The translations under genes and the position numbers were made by a program. This document shows, piece by piece, positions 1-11,248 of a stretch of DNA of 64,000 nucleotides; the stretch's first letter is position 1, and every line of letters begins with the position of its first letter. The DNA is from Octopus sinensis (Eukaryota): NCBI RefSeq assembly GCF_006345805.1, contig NC_042998.1:56172001-56236000 (forward strand), given 5' to 3'. Below the pieces are notes generated by a model. It had not been told where the DNA came from. It did not search any database and was given only the letters and a program-made list of their open reading frames with translations.

Positions 1-1672
1 TATCTCAGGAACTATGCGCCCCAAATCACCTAATAGACATCTCAAACCACGGCATAAACTAAAAAAAAAACTCGGTTACTAATTCTGTAGGAAATGGTTT
101 GAATAATCTCGCCAACCTTGGGGGGTGGGGCAGTTGAGATTGTCAAAATAAAGAGTTATATCTCCTCGGGAATTTGTGCAAAGCTGATTCTACGATTTAT
201 TGAGCTACGGTGTTAGTCACTGGAGACATACAACACCGTAGATCAAGTATCGAAATGTTTGGAGGTAGCTTTATAGTGAGTAGCTCATCTATAAGTTTAC
301 ACTAAAATATGCAGACAAGAGAAACAATGCATTTTGAAGCCATAAAAACTACTTGAAGGATTACAATAGTGACAACTTTTATATCAGCCGGTCTGCATCA
401 CACTTCGGCAACAAGTATACACTGGCGCATAGAATACAATGGCTTCGCATCAAAACAACAGATGCTGACGCTACCACCGTTGTGTCCTTGAGCAAAACAA
501 TTCATTTCACGTTGTTCTAGTCTACTCAGCTGAAAATGAGCATCACTTGAGTGCTCTTTCTCCCTCCAGCTGTCATATCCTGGATGCATCGCTGGATTAA
601 AGGGATAGTCGAGAGGGTTTCTGTGTCTGCTCCCGACTACATAGTCACCTAAAGCAATTAACGAAAACATTGTAGAGTTAGCTAGCCATACTCATTTGCA
701 GGTGGCGGCTGGCTAAAAAAATGCATGTATGTATGTATGTATGTATGCATGCATGCATGCATTTACTTGCATACTTATATATGTGCAGCAAGCCCACAGT
801 TTGCTTGTTTACCTTTAAATAGGTGCATATCACTGCATACGCTTGTTTTCTATAAGTGGTCACATGATCTGGTCACGCGAGGGGTTATACATCGATCTAG
901 CCCTTCTAGCTTTACACTGGCTCTCATCCCATCACATGACAGACCAACCGAGCGCGGGAAATTTATGTCTATTCGCTGGAACCTACTGTCGGCTACACAA
1001 AGAGAAATTTTTTCACTATTTCTTGAGTGAGGTGGCTTAGCGAGGTCGACTTCGGCAGAGAGAAAGTTTGTTTCGGAGGCAGTCTCGGGTAGCCTTCGAC
1101 GCGTACCTCTGTTTCTTCCTCCAGCAGAAGCCATGTCATGTATTTGTTTTCATTTTCTACATCGCATACATCACCATGCACCAACTGCATGAGAAACCTT
1201 ATGTATATTTTCTGACAGTATCTTATAAGATGTATTCCATCAACTTTGCTTTTTAATGGGTTGAATAAAGCATTGCTTCTAATCCTCCTGCTTAGCTGTT
1301 TCTTCCTTTGTCTACATACACACGTATACTATATAAACCAGCTTTATCTATATACACACGTATACTATATAAAACAAGCTTTATCTATATACACGCGTAT
1401 ACTGGAAAACAACCGCGAAATATACATGTAAGCATGTAATTGAATGTAGCGGATCTGTATGTTTTGGCTTATATGTATGTCTACAAGTACAAACGTTATT
1501 ATGTCTGTATATGTGTGTATCTTTACCAGGCCACCCCAGAAATATTTTACATATTTTCACAATTTCATTATTAATTTGTAATTGTAATTTCTAAACTAGC
1601 GGTGTCTCGCTGGCCTTGGAAGACCCAGCGTTTCAAGGCAGGTGCGGTGACGATTAATTACATGACCACAGT

Positions 1673-1990
1673 AACTTTCAAAGAATGTCAAATTGTTGCT
1701 GTTCGTATGGCAGGCACTTGCATAATGAAAACAGCCGAAATGCTTGGTGTCTCGAAAGTAATGACAGCCTTTGAGAAAGAGGTAAAAACCTCTCCGTCGA
1801 AACAAAACTCCAGAAGAAAACCAAAACTTTCAGATAGGAACCGTCGGACTTTCGAATTGTTAGACAGGCTCACAAAAGTACAGCTCCCAAAATTACTGCA
1901 GAGCTTAATGACCACCTCGAAAACCCAGGTTCCACAAAAACTGTTCGCCGGGAGCTGCATAAAGCCGGATTTCACAGGAGGGCTACCCTA
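1673..1990 (+). mobile_element. Tc1-like transposase N-terminal (HTH) fragment
   Basis: Translates to CQIVAVRMAGTCIMKTAEMLGVSKVMTAFEKEVKTSPSKQNSRRKPKLSDRNRR, typical of Tc1 N-termini; near-identical to the copy at 4156-5040. Confidence 0.85.
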
Positions 1991-2279
1991 ATAACCGCAG
2001 GCATAACTCTGAAGTTATAGTCGAGTTTCTCATTTATCCGACACAATTTTTTTCTTTTACTTTTTATTTTATCATTTATGTTAATGCTAGTTGAACAACC
2101 GATTCCTACTACTGCGCACGCTTTCTTTTCTCAGTCCCAGATAATTAGCTCTGCTTTGCTGAGTGTACGTTTATTTACGGAAGTTTTGACAGGAACATTT
2201 TACTAGTTTCTTTTTTATTATAAATGTGGCTGCCTTCCACATTACTGCATTCTCTTTATATTTTTTATGTTCAGGATTT

Positions 2280-4155
2280 ACCAAGCAACGAATTGCATTG
2301 TATAGTGATTTTTGCCTCTCAAAATAGATAGCGTCATGATTAACATTTTACGGAGAGTAGCTTATGATGCTGGCTTCACTTTTGGCACTAATTTGACAGT
2401 CTGGATTGGATTTCACATTTTAGTGCCCTACCAGCATCCCTATCCTTTGTGTGAATCAGGTATTTTCTTGTTATTTCTTGTTCTTGGATTGCAAAAGCAT
2501 ATCCTTCGAAGTGACCGCTGATATACTGGTTATTGATCCAAGGTAGACTACTCTGGTTATTCATGTTTACTCTTTTAAGCTTTCTAACAATTCGTGCATG
2601 ACTTGTTGAAAAGGCGATTAACCATTCATTTGAAGTTCTTTTGCTGTAAAAATGAGCAGTTTTTTGTGGGTATGTATTCTTGGTCATTAGACAGGAAATA
2701 CTTAGTGTCAAGTCCTTTACAACACCCACGATACTCGTGTATATAAACTTAATCGAGGGATGTACTACAACGCCTGCTGTTTTGTAGATGCTGTCGACTG
2801 TATATTATACGACATTCAAGGAATGTGTAGTGATGCTACTGTGTAAGGTTCAGCGTGCATGCGCAGAATGGGACTACTTCCGGGTGGCCACCGGAAGTCT
2901 TCCCCATGCGCATTTGCGGGAAACTGACCCCTAAGGCACAGTCCACTCATTCACTCTCTCTGGCGCTTTCAGCCCTCGTGAACAGACGTACATTTTGGTA
3001 GTCTCTGAGAACCCTACACCGGCTTAGCAACGGACCACACCGAATCACTTTAATCAACCAACAAGAAGCAGTACAAAGATTCGGCTGTCGTTTCCCCTCA
3101 GAAAATACGCACACCATCACGAGTAATAAACAACAATTTGCTGTCTTTCCCAGATAACCTGACTTCGTCTGTTATATCTAACTAAATTGAATGTGACGGG
3201 ATCGGATCGGACACCCCTTCAGTGATACCGATTCCAGATCCTGTTACAAATGTTTAGGTTGATGTTATGCCTCTTCATGTATGTTTTTATTATAGCTAGA
3301 GATAGTCAATATCATTATTAAAGTGGAAATTTCTCCTGGTAAGTTTCGGTTTCTAACATGAATAACTCGAATCATCACTAGATGATTCGAGTTATTCATG
3401 TTAGAATGAAGCAACCCACATGCTTGTAATAAAATTGATACAGAAAAATATCTTGACTGATTGATTGTACACAGAAATTCGTGGGCTATATTTAATTTCA
3501 TCTGGGTGTAATATTTCCGGTTATGCGTTCCTTATTACAAGTGCCGTTATAGGATATGTTTTCGTCCACTTCTAGTATCCCGTTGCATTCTTTGTCTTAT
3601 AGGTACAGGAAAAATTTCCAGGACATTGACAGAAATGTCGCCAGACTGGTCTATAGATATTTTCCCTCGTTTTATAATCAAGCTGAAGCATCCATTTTGG
3701 TCCAAGTCTATCACTGTCTTTTGATAAGAACCATAACTATGTCAACGCTCTTTTAAATAAGGCTTATAGTTTATGGCGAATAGCTACAGATCATCCACTA
3801 AGAATCTGTGTATCAGGTTGGTATTTCTAGTCTCCTATGAATCAATGACATATAGTTCCTCAACAATATAGATAGTTCCTTACACATGGATTTCTACTAC
3901 AGGAAGTATAAGTAGTTCACTACAAGTATGAACAATAACGAACAGAAAATATCTCTCTGAAATACACCTTCGCGTCACTTTAGCCTGCCAAAGACAATAG
4001 AACGAGTTCCTGTATTTAATCCTCAGAATGGTGACCCAGGATAAAACGAGATTGGTTGTCTGTGGCCTTGATTACGGCTGTTTCAATTTCAGCAAGATTA
4101 AGGACCTCTATATGGGAAATAGATTTGAAAGCTTTCTTGTAATCTAAATTCCATC
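2280..4155 (-). mobile_element. Decayed R4/Dong-like non-LTR retrotransposon (RT to zinc-knuckle region), interrupted by a solo LTR
   Basis: Minus-strand remnants in the expected order: DYKKAFKSISH, GVFQRDIFCSLLFILVVN, HRFLVDDL*LFA, IKRGKI, GNFHFNNDID, SGHFEGYAFAIQEQEITRKYLIH; many stops and frameshifts. Confidence 0.75.
2826..3248 (+). mobile_element. Solo LTR (Gypsy-like), 423 bp
   Basis: Starts TGTAG, ends TTACA; 4-bp TSD AATG at 2822-2825 and 3249-3252; promoter-like motifs 2855-2915; AATAAA 3125-3130; removing it restores continuity of the surrounding LINE peptide. Confidence 0.8.
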
Positions 4156-5040
4156 TTCAACTGTGTGAATTGGTGCATTATCATCCTGACAGATTGCGTT
4201 TCCCTCCAGAAACAGTTTCGCAACCATAGGATGAATTTAATCAGATAAAATGCTTAAATAATCTTTACTATTAACTCTGTTATGAAGGGAAACCATGAGA
4301 CTGGCAGATTTCCAAGATATAGCCCTCCACCCCAGATCACCACAGATCCTCCTCCATGTTTAACAGTTGGAAGAAAGTAGTCTGGGTCAAATGCTTCTTT
4401 TGGCTGTCTACACACGTATATTCGGCCGGTGGTCGTAAGTAAGGTAAAGGATGACTCGTCCGGGAAAATAACATTCTCCCACTACTCTAGGGACCAATTC
4501 CGTAGGTTTTTACTCCACTCTAAACGCTTTGCAGCTTTTGTTTTTGAAAGTAGTGGTTTTCTGATTGCAGCCCTCCCGTGAAATCCGGCTTTATGCAGCT
4601 CCCGGCGAACAGTTTTTGTGGAAACTGGGTTCTCGAGGTGGTCATTAAGCTCTGCAGTAATTTTGGGAGCTGTACTTTTGTGATCCTGTCTAACAATTTG
4701 ATAGTCCGATGGTCCCTATCTGAAAGTTTTGGTTTTCTTCCGGAGTTTTGTTTCGACGAAGAGGTTTTTACCTCTTTCTCAAAGGATGTCATTACTTTCG
4801 AGACACCAAACATTTCGGCTGTTTTCGTTATGCAAGTGCCTGCCATACGAACAGCAACAATTTGACCTCTTTGAAAGTTCGATATATCTGTCATTTTAAT
4901 GAATTTTAATTACCTTTTTCTGATAATATCTGAAAAGAAACAGCAATTTTAGCAAAACCTATTAAGCAACACTAACAATAAATAAAAAACCCAGCTTTTG
5001 ACGGTTTTATAGATATTTCAAAATTATGATGCTATGATGC
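4156..5040 (-). mobile_element. Tc1-like DNA transposon, 3'-truncated
   Basis: ORF 4520-4894 MTDISNFQRGQIVAVRMAG...; downstream catalytic remnant QDDNAPIHT near 4165-4195; 5' end next to a TA-rich tract. Confidence 0.85.
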
Positions 5041-5050
5041 TATGATGCTA

Positions 5051-5088
<38 letters not shown>

Positions 5089-5325
5089 TATAATATGTAA
5101 AGGTAAGATCCAAGGATCAAGGTATAAGGAGATAGTAAGCTTCGAGCAATCCGTATAAGGTATTAAAAAACAACTTTCAGGAACAATAGTGGTTGTTGAC
5201 GTAGAAGGTTGTAAATTTTTCCTGAATCGAAGTTCGATAAGCTGAAAAAAATGTTTTATAGCTTATAGTTAGCAGCAGGGGTTGCTGTGTATGCAAATAG
5301 AAATCCAAAATTAGTGAATGGAGTA

Positions 5326-5542
5326 GATAGAATCCAGGCTACATGTGTTTCATAGCTACCAGAATCTCGCATTTTCGATCAAATCTCCTGCGAGTCAACA
5401 TGGCATCTCTTGACGACAATGTTAACTTCTTTTGATTGAGGTATTTTTGGTCCGACGGGTAGCTAGCGGATCACCCTTCGTTTGGATAATTACAACTTCC
5501 CAGTTTTACTAGCCATGAAACATATGTAGCCTGGATTTTATC
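5326..5542. mobile_element. Small TIR (MITE-like) element
   Basis: aatccaggctacatgtgtttcatagcta (5331-5358) is the reverse complement of tagccatgaaacatatgtagcctggatt (5510-5537) with 2 mismatches; no TSD identified. Confidence 0.55.
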
Positions 5543-5614
5543 AAAAATGAAAATAACATTTACATCTCATTTTAACACTCAATAAAATCATCTTGGCTTC
5601 AATGTGATTGTCAC

Positions 5615-7194
5615 GTGCGTCGTTGAAGTGTTGTTTTTTGAGGAGTTGGAGTTTATGATATTGTGAGTTGCAGAAATTGTTATTAGAAATTTTATTGTTG
5701 AAAGTACTATTGTAGTTGAATTTTGAAAATTAATTTGTAGCTACCCTTTGTGGGTATGCAACAACAAGTTATGCCCAGGCAGCAGGCAAAAGCCTGTCGG
5801 CCGACATGTTGCAGCTGAAAGAAGTATTAATCGAGAAAGGAGGTTTGAAGAAACACTTCGAAAATTTCAAGAAGGAGGGTGATTGCTTACGGATCACACC
5901 GACGGAGGAAGATGCAGAAAAAGCGAGGAAAAAGATTATTGTATATAGAACGTGGAGTGTGGCCAACAAGAAAATAGAAGTGGCAGGAACAGACGACATT
6001 GAGGAATGTCTTACGGAAATTAAAGACAGAACGACCTTCTACACAAGAGGAAGGAAGTTCGCTACCGTGGAGATGCGGTTTGAAAGTGAGGAGGAGGCCA
6101 AGAAACACGCTACCATGATATTAAGGACAGCTAGGTGGGAGCTTCTCCCGTCCTATTGTGGAAAACGAGCAATGAAGGTGAAAATAGGAAGGGTGCCACC
6201 GGAGTTAGATATAGAGAGACTTGTAGCAGCTATAATTTATAATTGTAAGGAGGAGGTGGACATCCTAAAGGTTGAAAAATCGAGAGACGTCAACTGGTGG
6301 GGTTATGGTGTGGAAGCACTGATACATATAACCCTGCCAGATTTGTACAACATTGCGGAAGAGTTAGCGCTCCCTGACGAAACCCGACTCAGAGTCGTGG
6401 TGGAGGGGAGACCACCAATATGCTATAATTGTAAAAGAATGGGACATAAGAGGAGGAAATGTGCAGTGACGCAGCGAGAGCGGAGGAAGAAGAAAAAGAG
6501 GAAGAGGAAAAAGTTGAAGAAAAAACGGCAGAAAGAAAGAGAACAAGGGTGGAGTCATCACCAAAAAGCCCAAAGAAAAGTAAAGTAGAAAATGAAGGAA
6601 AAGTACAGAGATTCGAACCCAGGAACTGAAGACAATGACAATGAGTGAAGAAGGTAAAAACCAGAAAAGAGAAATGCGAAGAACGGATGACGAAGGTGAT
6701 GGAAAGAGTAAATCATGTAAAACAAAACAGGACGACCTACGGGAGAGAGTGTAAGAAGGTTAATTTTTTACGAAAAAAATATGGAGATTGAAAAAGATTA
6801 ACAAAAACAAAAGGACTGATACGAGTGAAATTAGAAAACGGCATGTTCGAACCAAGCGCTAGAGCGGTGTTAATAGAAAAAGAAAAAATAGACAAATTGG
6901 TAGAGACATTTAAAGGAAAGATTAAAGTAAGTAAAATAGATGTTCGCTATGATAGCCTGCTCAACGTGATTGGGATGGAGGATGTCATCGAATGATGGAT
7001 AAGTGGAACAGTTGCAAAATGTACAAATGAAGCTGCGAGCTTGGAGGACTCGTAAGCCATTCCATTTCCCATTACACTTAACTCATTTCATATTCATTAT
7101 TTGTTTCATGTACCCCAAATATTGTATTGTTTTGTATGTAAATTGTAATGTCCTTTTTATATTCAGCCTACATGCCTATAATAAAGAGAAATCG
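5615..7194 (+). mobile_element. ORF1/gag-only non-autonomous retroposon, copy 1 (1.58 kb)
   Basis: 11-bp TSD gtgattgtcac at 5604-5614 and 7195-7205; one long ORF with CCHC knuckle; AATAAA at about 7180; no RT or endonuclease sequence. Confidence 0.8.
5806..6588 (+). CDS. Gag/ORF1-like nucleic-acid-binding protein (CX2CX4HX4C knuckle), frameshifted in the K/E-rich linker; C-terminal domain continues at about 6760-7010
   Basis: 260-aa ORF with CYNCKRMGHKRRKC; other-frame continuation VRRLIFYEKNMEIEK-RLTKTKGLIRVKLENG; homologous to decayed frames at 50064-51230 and 57960-58140. Confidence 0.7.
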   Translation: MLQLKEVLIEKGGLKKHFENFKKEGDCLRITPTEEDAEKARKKIIVYRTWSVANKKIEVAGTDDIEECLTEIKDRTTFYTRGRKFATVEMRFESEEEAKKHATMILRTARWELLPSYCGKRAMKVKIGRVPPELDIERLVAAIIYNCKEEVDILKVEKSRDVNWWGYGVEALIHITLPDLYNIAEELALPDETRLRVVVEGRPPICYNCKRMGHKRRKCAVTQRERRKKKKRKRKKLKKKRQKEREQGWSHHQKAQRKVK

Positions 7195-7202
7195 GTGATT
7201 GT

Positions 7203-7247
7203 CACACGCTGATGATGGGTCAATGCCCAGAAACTCGAGTCTGTGTG
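7203..7247 (+). ncRNA. Minimal type I hammerhead ribozyme motif
   Basis: CACACG-CTGATGA-TGGG tcaatg CCCA-GAAA-CTCGAG-TC-TGTGTG: full core, GUC site (cut after 7241), palindromic helix III ACTCGAGT. Confidence 0.75.
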
Positions 7248-7415
7248 TATCATGTCAGATTGAAGATGGGAAGGATGGATTCCCTTTGCAAATACTGATA
7301 GAGCACAGAAAGTGTGTCAATAGCCAGCTGGAGGAGGTGTTCTCCTGGGGCTACAAGCTACAGTAGCATCCACCCTTAAGGGTTAGCCACATTTAAGTGG
7401 CAAATATACTTCACG

Positions 7416-7454
<39 letters not shown>

Positions 7455-7586
7455 AATAATATATATATATATATTATATATAGTTATCGCCATACTATTA
7501 ATTTCCAGAAACGCTGTCGTAATCTCTTTTAAAGAGACTTAGTAATTTTAATATTTGTTATATAATAATATATATATATATATATA

Positions 7587-8702
7587 CAATATAAGAGAGT
7601 GGTCAATATATTGCTCACTCTAGCACCAGTTAATCCAAAAGGTTTCAACCACGAAGATACATGTTTCCCATGAAAGCCAGTACGACTGTTAGCTCACACG
7701 GACAGGGCAAGTAAAAAATAACAAAAATACAGATTATTTTGGGACAATTGTTTCGCTATTAATGAATTAAATGTAATATTACTTACAAAAAAATCCATTT
7801 GTAGCTCGTCAGCCAAGACTATCTGGATGAAATCCACTCAATCACACGCCAGATTTTACCATAACGATAAATACGCGTGTGGTTCAATTGATTACATCCG
7901 ACGTTATAATTCAAATGCCCCAACCAACAGCGCGCCAAACTTTCACGGAAAACAGATACAGCATTTAGAATAAATGCAGCATAATTATAATTATTAATAA
8001 GGGTGAGAGAATTAGATACTAATTTAATAGTATATTTATTCAACACCAAGTGGCCTAGTGCTACGAGAACCTGGATTATTATAATATTTTATAACATATT
8101 ACAATACTTTTACAAAACAAATATAAGAGAGTGGTCATATATTGCTCACTCTAGCACCAGTTAATCCAAAAGGTTTCAACCACGAAGATACATGTTTCCC
8201 ATGAAAGCCAGTACGACTGTTAGCTCACACGGACAGGGCAAGTAAAAAATAACAAAAAAATACAGATTATTTTGGGACAATTGTTTCGCTATTAAAATTA
8301 AATGTAATATTACTTACAAAAAAATCCATTTGTAGCTCGTCAGCCAAGACTATCTGATGAAATCCACTCAATCACACGCCAGATTTTACCATAACGATAA
8401 TACGCGTGTGGTTCAATTGATTACATCCGACGTTAAATTCAAATGCCCCAACCACAGCGCGCCAAACTTTCACGGAAAACAGATACAGCATTTAGAAATA
8501 AATGCAGCATAATTATAATTAATTAATAAGGGTGGAGAGAATTAGATACTATTTAATAGTATATTTATTCAACACCAAGTGGCCTAGTGCTACGAGAAAC
8601 CTGGATTATTATAATATTTTATAACATATTACAATACTTTTACAAAACAATATAAGAGAGTGGTCAATATATTGCTCACTCAGCACCAGTTAATCCAAAA
8701 GG
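7587..8702 (+). repeat. Tandem repeat of a ~530-bp unit (2 full copies plus the start of a third)
   Basis: Unit starts (c/a)aatataagagagtggtc at 7587, 8119 and 8648; copies differ mostly by single-base indels. Confidence 0.95.
7781..7939 (-). promoter_or_regulatory. Putative cell-cycle-type promoter and first coding exon (ATG GAT TTT TTT | GTAAGT)
   Basis: On minus: E2F-like TTTGGCGCGC 7930-7939, CHR TTTGAA 7910-7915, ATG 7798-7796, donor GTAAGT 7786-7781. Confidence 0.4.
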
Positions 8703-9154
8703 ATTTGAATTATAACGTCGGATGTAATCAATTGAACACACGCGTATTTATCGTTATGGTAATCTGGCGTGTGATGATTGGATTTCATCCAGATAGTCTT
8801 GGCTGACGAGCTACAAATGGATTTTTTTGTAAGTAATATTACATTTAATTCATTAATAGCGAAACAATTGTCCCAAAATAATCTGTATTTTTGTTATTTT
8901 TTACTTGCCCTGTCCGTGTGAGCTAACAGTCGTACTGGCTTTCATGGGAAACATGTATCTTCGTGGTTGAAACCTTTTGGATTAACTGGTGCTAGAGTGA
9001 GCAATATATTGACCACTCTCTTATATTTGTTTTTGTAAAAGTATTGTAATATGTTTAAAATATTATAATAATCCAGGTTTCTCGTAGCACTAGGCCACTT
9101 GGTGTTGAATAAATATACTATTAAATTAGTATCTAATTCTCTCACCCTTATTAA

Positions 9155-9160
<6 letters not shown>
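8703..9160 (-). repeat. Inverted copy (~455 bp) of the tandem unit, spanning a unit junction
   Basis: atttgaattataacgtcggatg... is the reverse complement of about 7990-8444. Confidence 0.95.
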
Positions 9161-9211
<51 letters not shown>

Positions 9212-9233
9212 GCATGTATACACACATATATGC

Positions 9234-9272
<39 letters not shown>

Positions 9273-9619
9273 CAATTGAGATAGGGGTTGTAAATGCAAC
9301 CCTCCATGGGATAACAACATTATTCAATATACTGCTAGTGAAGTACTCAACAAAGTTAATACATAATGTTAATGATTGCGATGCAATCAATTCATTTACT
9401 GTATTATATGGGCAAAGGTAAAATGATTTACCACAAATTACTAATACAAGATAGAAAATGGAGAATACATCTAAATCAAATATCAATTACCAGATAATAC
9501 TCAATCACATACTTTATTAAACCACCACATAAGAGACTGTAGGGTTAAATATAAAAAAGCAGAACAAATCAGTGTACATAAATGAATGTACATAAAAAAG
9601 TGTACATAAAAGAGTAAAA

Positions 9620-9730
9620 GAGGGGTTGTGGGATTTCTGCGGCACAGGCGTGGGCTCGGGTGGCGCTGCATCTGAGTTTGTGCGCCCGCGTACGCGTGCG
9701 CGTGAGCGTCCGCGCATGTGGCCAATAAAC
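9620..9730. promoter_or_regulatory. CpG-rich promoter-like patch
   Basis: Dense CpG run gcgcccgcgtacgcgtgcgcgtgagcgtccgcgcatgtgg followed by CCAAT, in otherwise CpG-poor DNA. Confidence 0.3.
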
Positions 9731-10845
9731 GAACGAATTATTATTATGATTTGATAGCATGTACCATGTTTTCAAGTGCCTGTGTACTCATGAGCAAACA
9801 TAGATACCTTCTTGTCCCTTCAACACTAAATCTAGAGAAGTGTCGAGACATCTGGAAGCGAAAGAGGGATCCACTAGTACTCGGCAGGTTTCTGCTGAAT
9901 AGTCTGAAATAACGTGAAACGAAGTGCCTTGCCCAAGGACATGCAACGCTACCCGCTCCAGAAATTATACCTACTGCCTTTCGATAGTAACCCCAACACC
10001 CAAACCACTTGGACACGTGTTTTCTCTCAGATTTAGACACGTCTGAAAACTGTATGCTGCGCTGTCTCTGCTGCAACGGGTCTGATCATCACGCGTTTAC
10101 TCGGTCAGAGTTAAAATGAGACTAAAAGAGCAGCGACAGCCACGATAGCAGCAGCAACAACAACTACTACGACAACCATAAGCATAGTAGCAACGCGAAC
10201 AACCACCCCAACCACAGACGTAGCAGCAGCAGTAGTAACAACAACAACAACAACAACCTTAACAACAACAATAAAAAATATCACCAAGTGGGATCACAAC
10301 GGTTGGAAATCAGGGAGGAAGTCATCACAATAAACGCGCGTCAACAAACTATTTTCCTATCGCCTAAACTGTAATATGGCTTACATATCGGAATAAACTC
10401 ATATCGATTTATGTCAGTTATTAAAACTCACGACTGTAAGATGATAGCATGCTATTGCCAGGAGCATGTGTGCAATACAATGGGATGGGGCTGAGATGGA
10501 ATTAGCTTTTGATATAAAGAATATATAAACCATGGGAAACGTGTGCCACTATACATACAAAAAGTCTCTGGATTCTCTCTACAAATGTTTGAATTGATGG
10601 CTGGGAGTGGTGAAAGAGTGATTGAATGAACAGAAAAGTGATAAATCTGGTTCTTCTGGAGATTATAAGTATCAGGAGGTGCATATATGTATCCACTGAT
10701 GTCTTAGCATGTATGTAGTAAATATATGTACTTGAATTTCTCACCCTTTTCTTTCTATTTCATATTCCCCGTTTCTCTCTTCTCTCTCTTTTTATACGCT
10801 CATTCTCACATACCACATACGTGTGTGTGTGTGTGTGTGTCTGAG

Positions 10846-10891
<46 letters not shown>

Positions 10892-10984
10892 CACGTGCGC
10901 GTGCACACTTATTTGTATGTATATATTTATGTGTATGTTTGTGTCTACACAGATACAAAATTCTGTGTGTGCGTATGTATATAC

Positions 10985-11142
10985 CAGGAGTGGCTGTGTG
11001 GTAAGCAGCTTACTTACCAACCACATGGTTTCGGGTTCAGTCCCACTGCGTGGCCCTTGGCTAAGTGTCTTCTACTATAGCCTCGGGCCAACCAAAGCTT
11101 TGTGAGTGGATTTGGTAGGCGGAAACTGAAAGAAGCCAGTCT

Positions 11143-11174
<32 letters not shown>

Positions 11175-11183
11175 ATATATATT

Positions 11184-11248
<65 letters not shown>

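Noticed and set aside
850-1134. 94-aa ORF MASAGGRNRG... as a gene start
   Set aside because: No recognisable domain and no clear donor before the stop; an alternative frame and exon (1184-1107) is equally plausible, so it is unresolved
2855-2915. Host bidirectional gene promoter
   Set aside because: It lies inside a TSD-bounded solo LTR nested in a dead LINE, so it is reported as LTR-borne instead
5604-5614. Target-site specificity of the ORF1-only family (Tx1-like)
   Set aside because: The TSDs of copies 1 and 2 and the insertion site of copy 3 share no sequence
7587-9160. CRISPR-like or satellite array
   Set aside because: Eukaryotic context, ~530-bp units and no unique spacers; it is a local duplication
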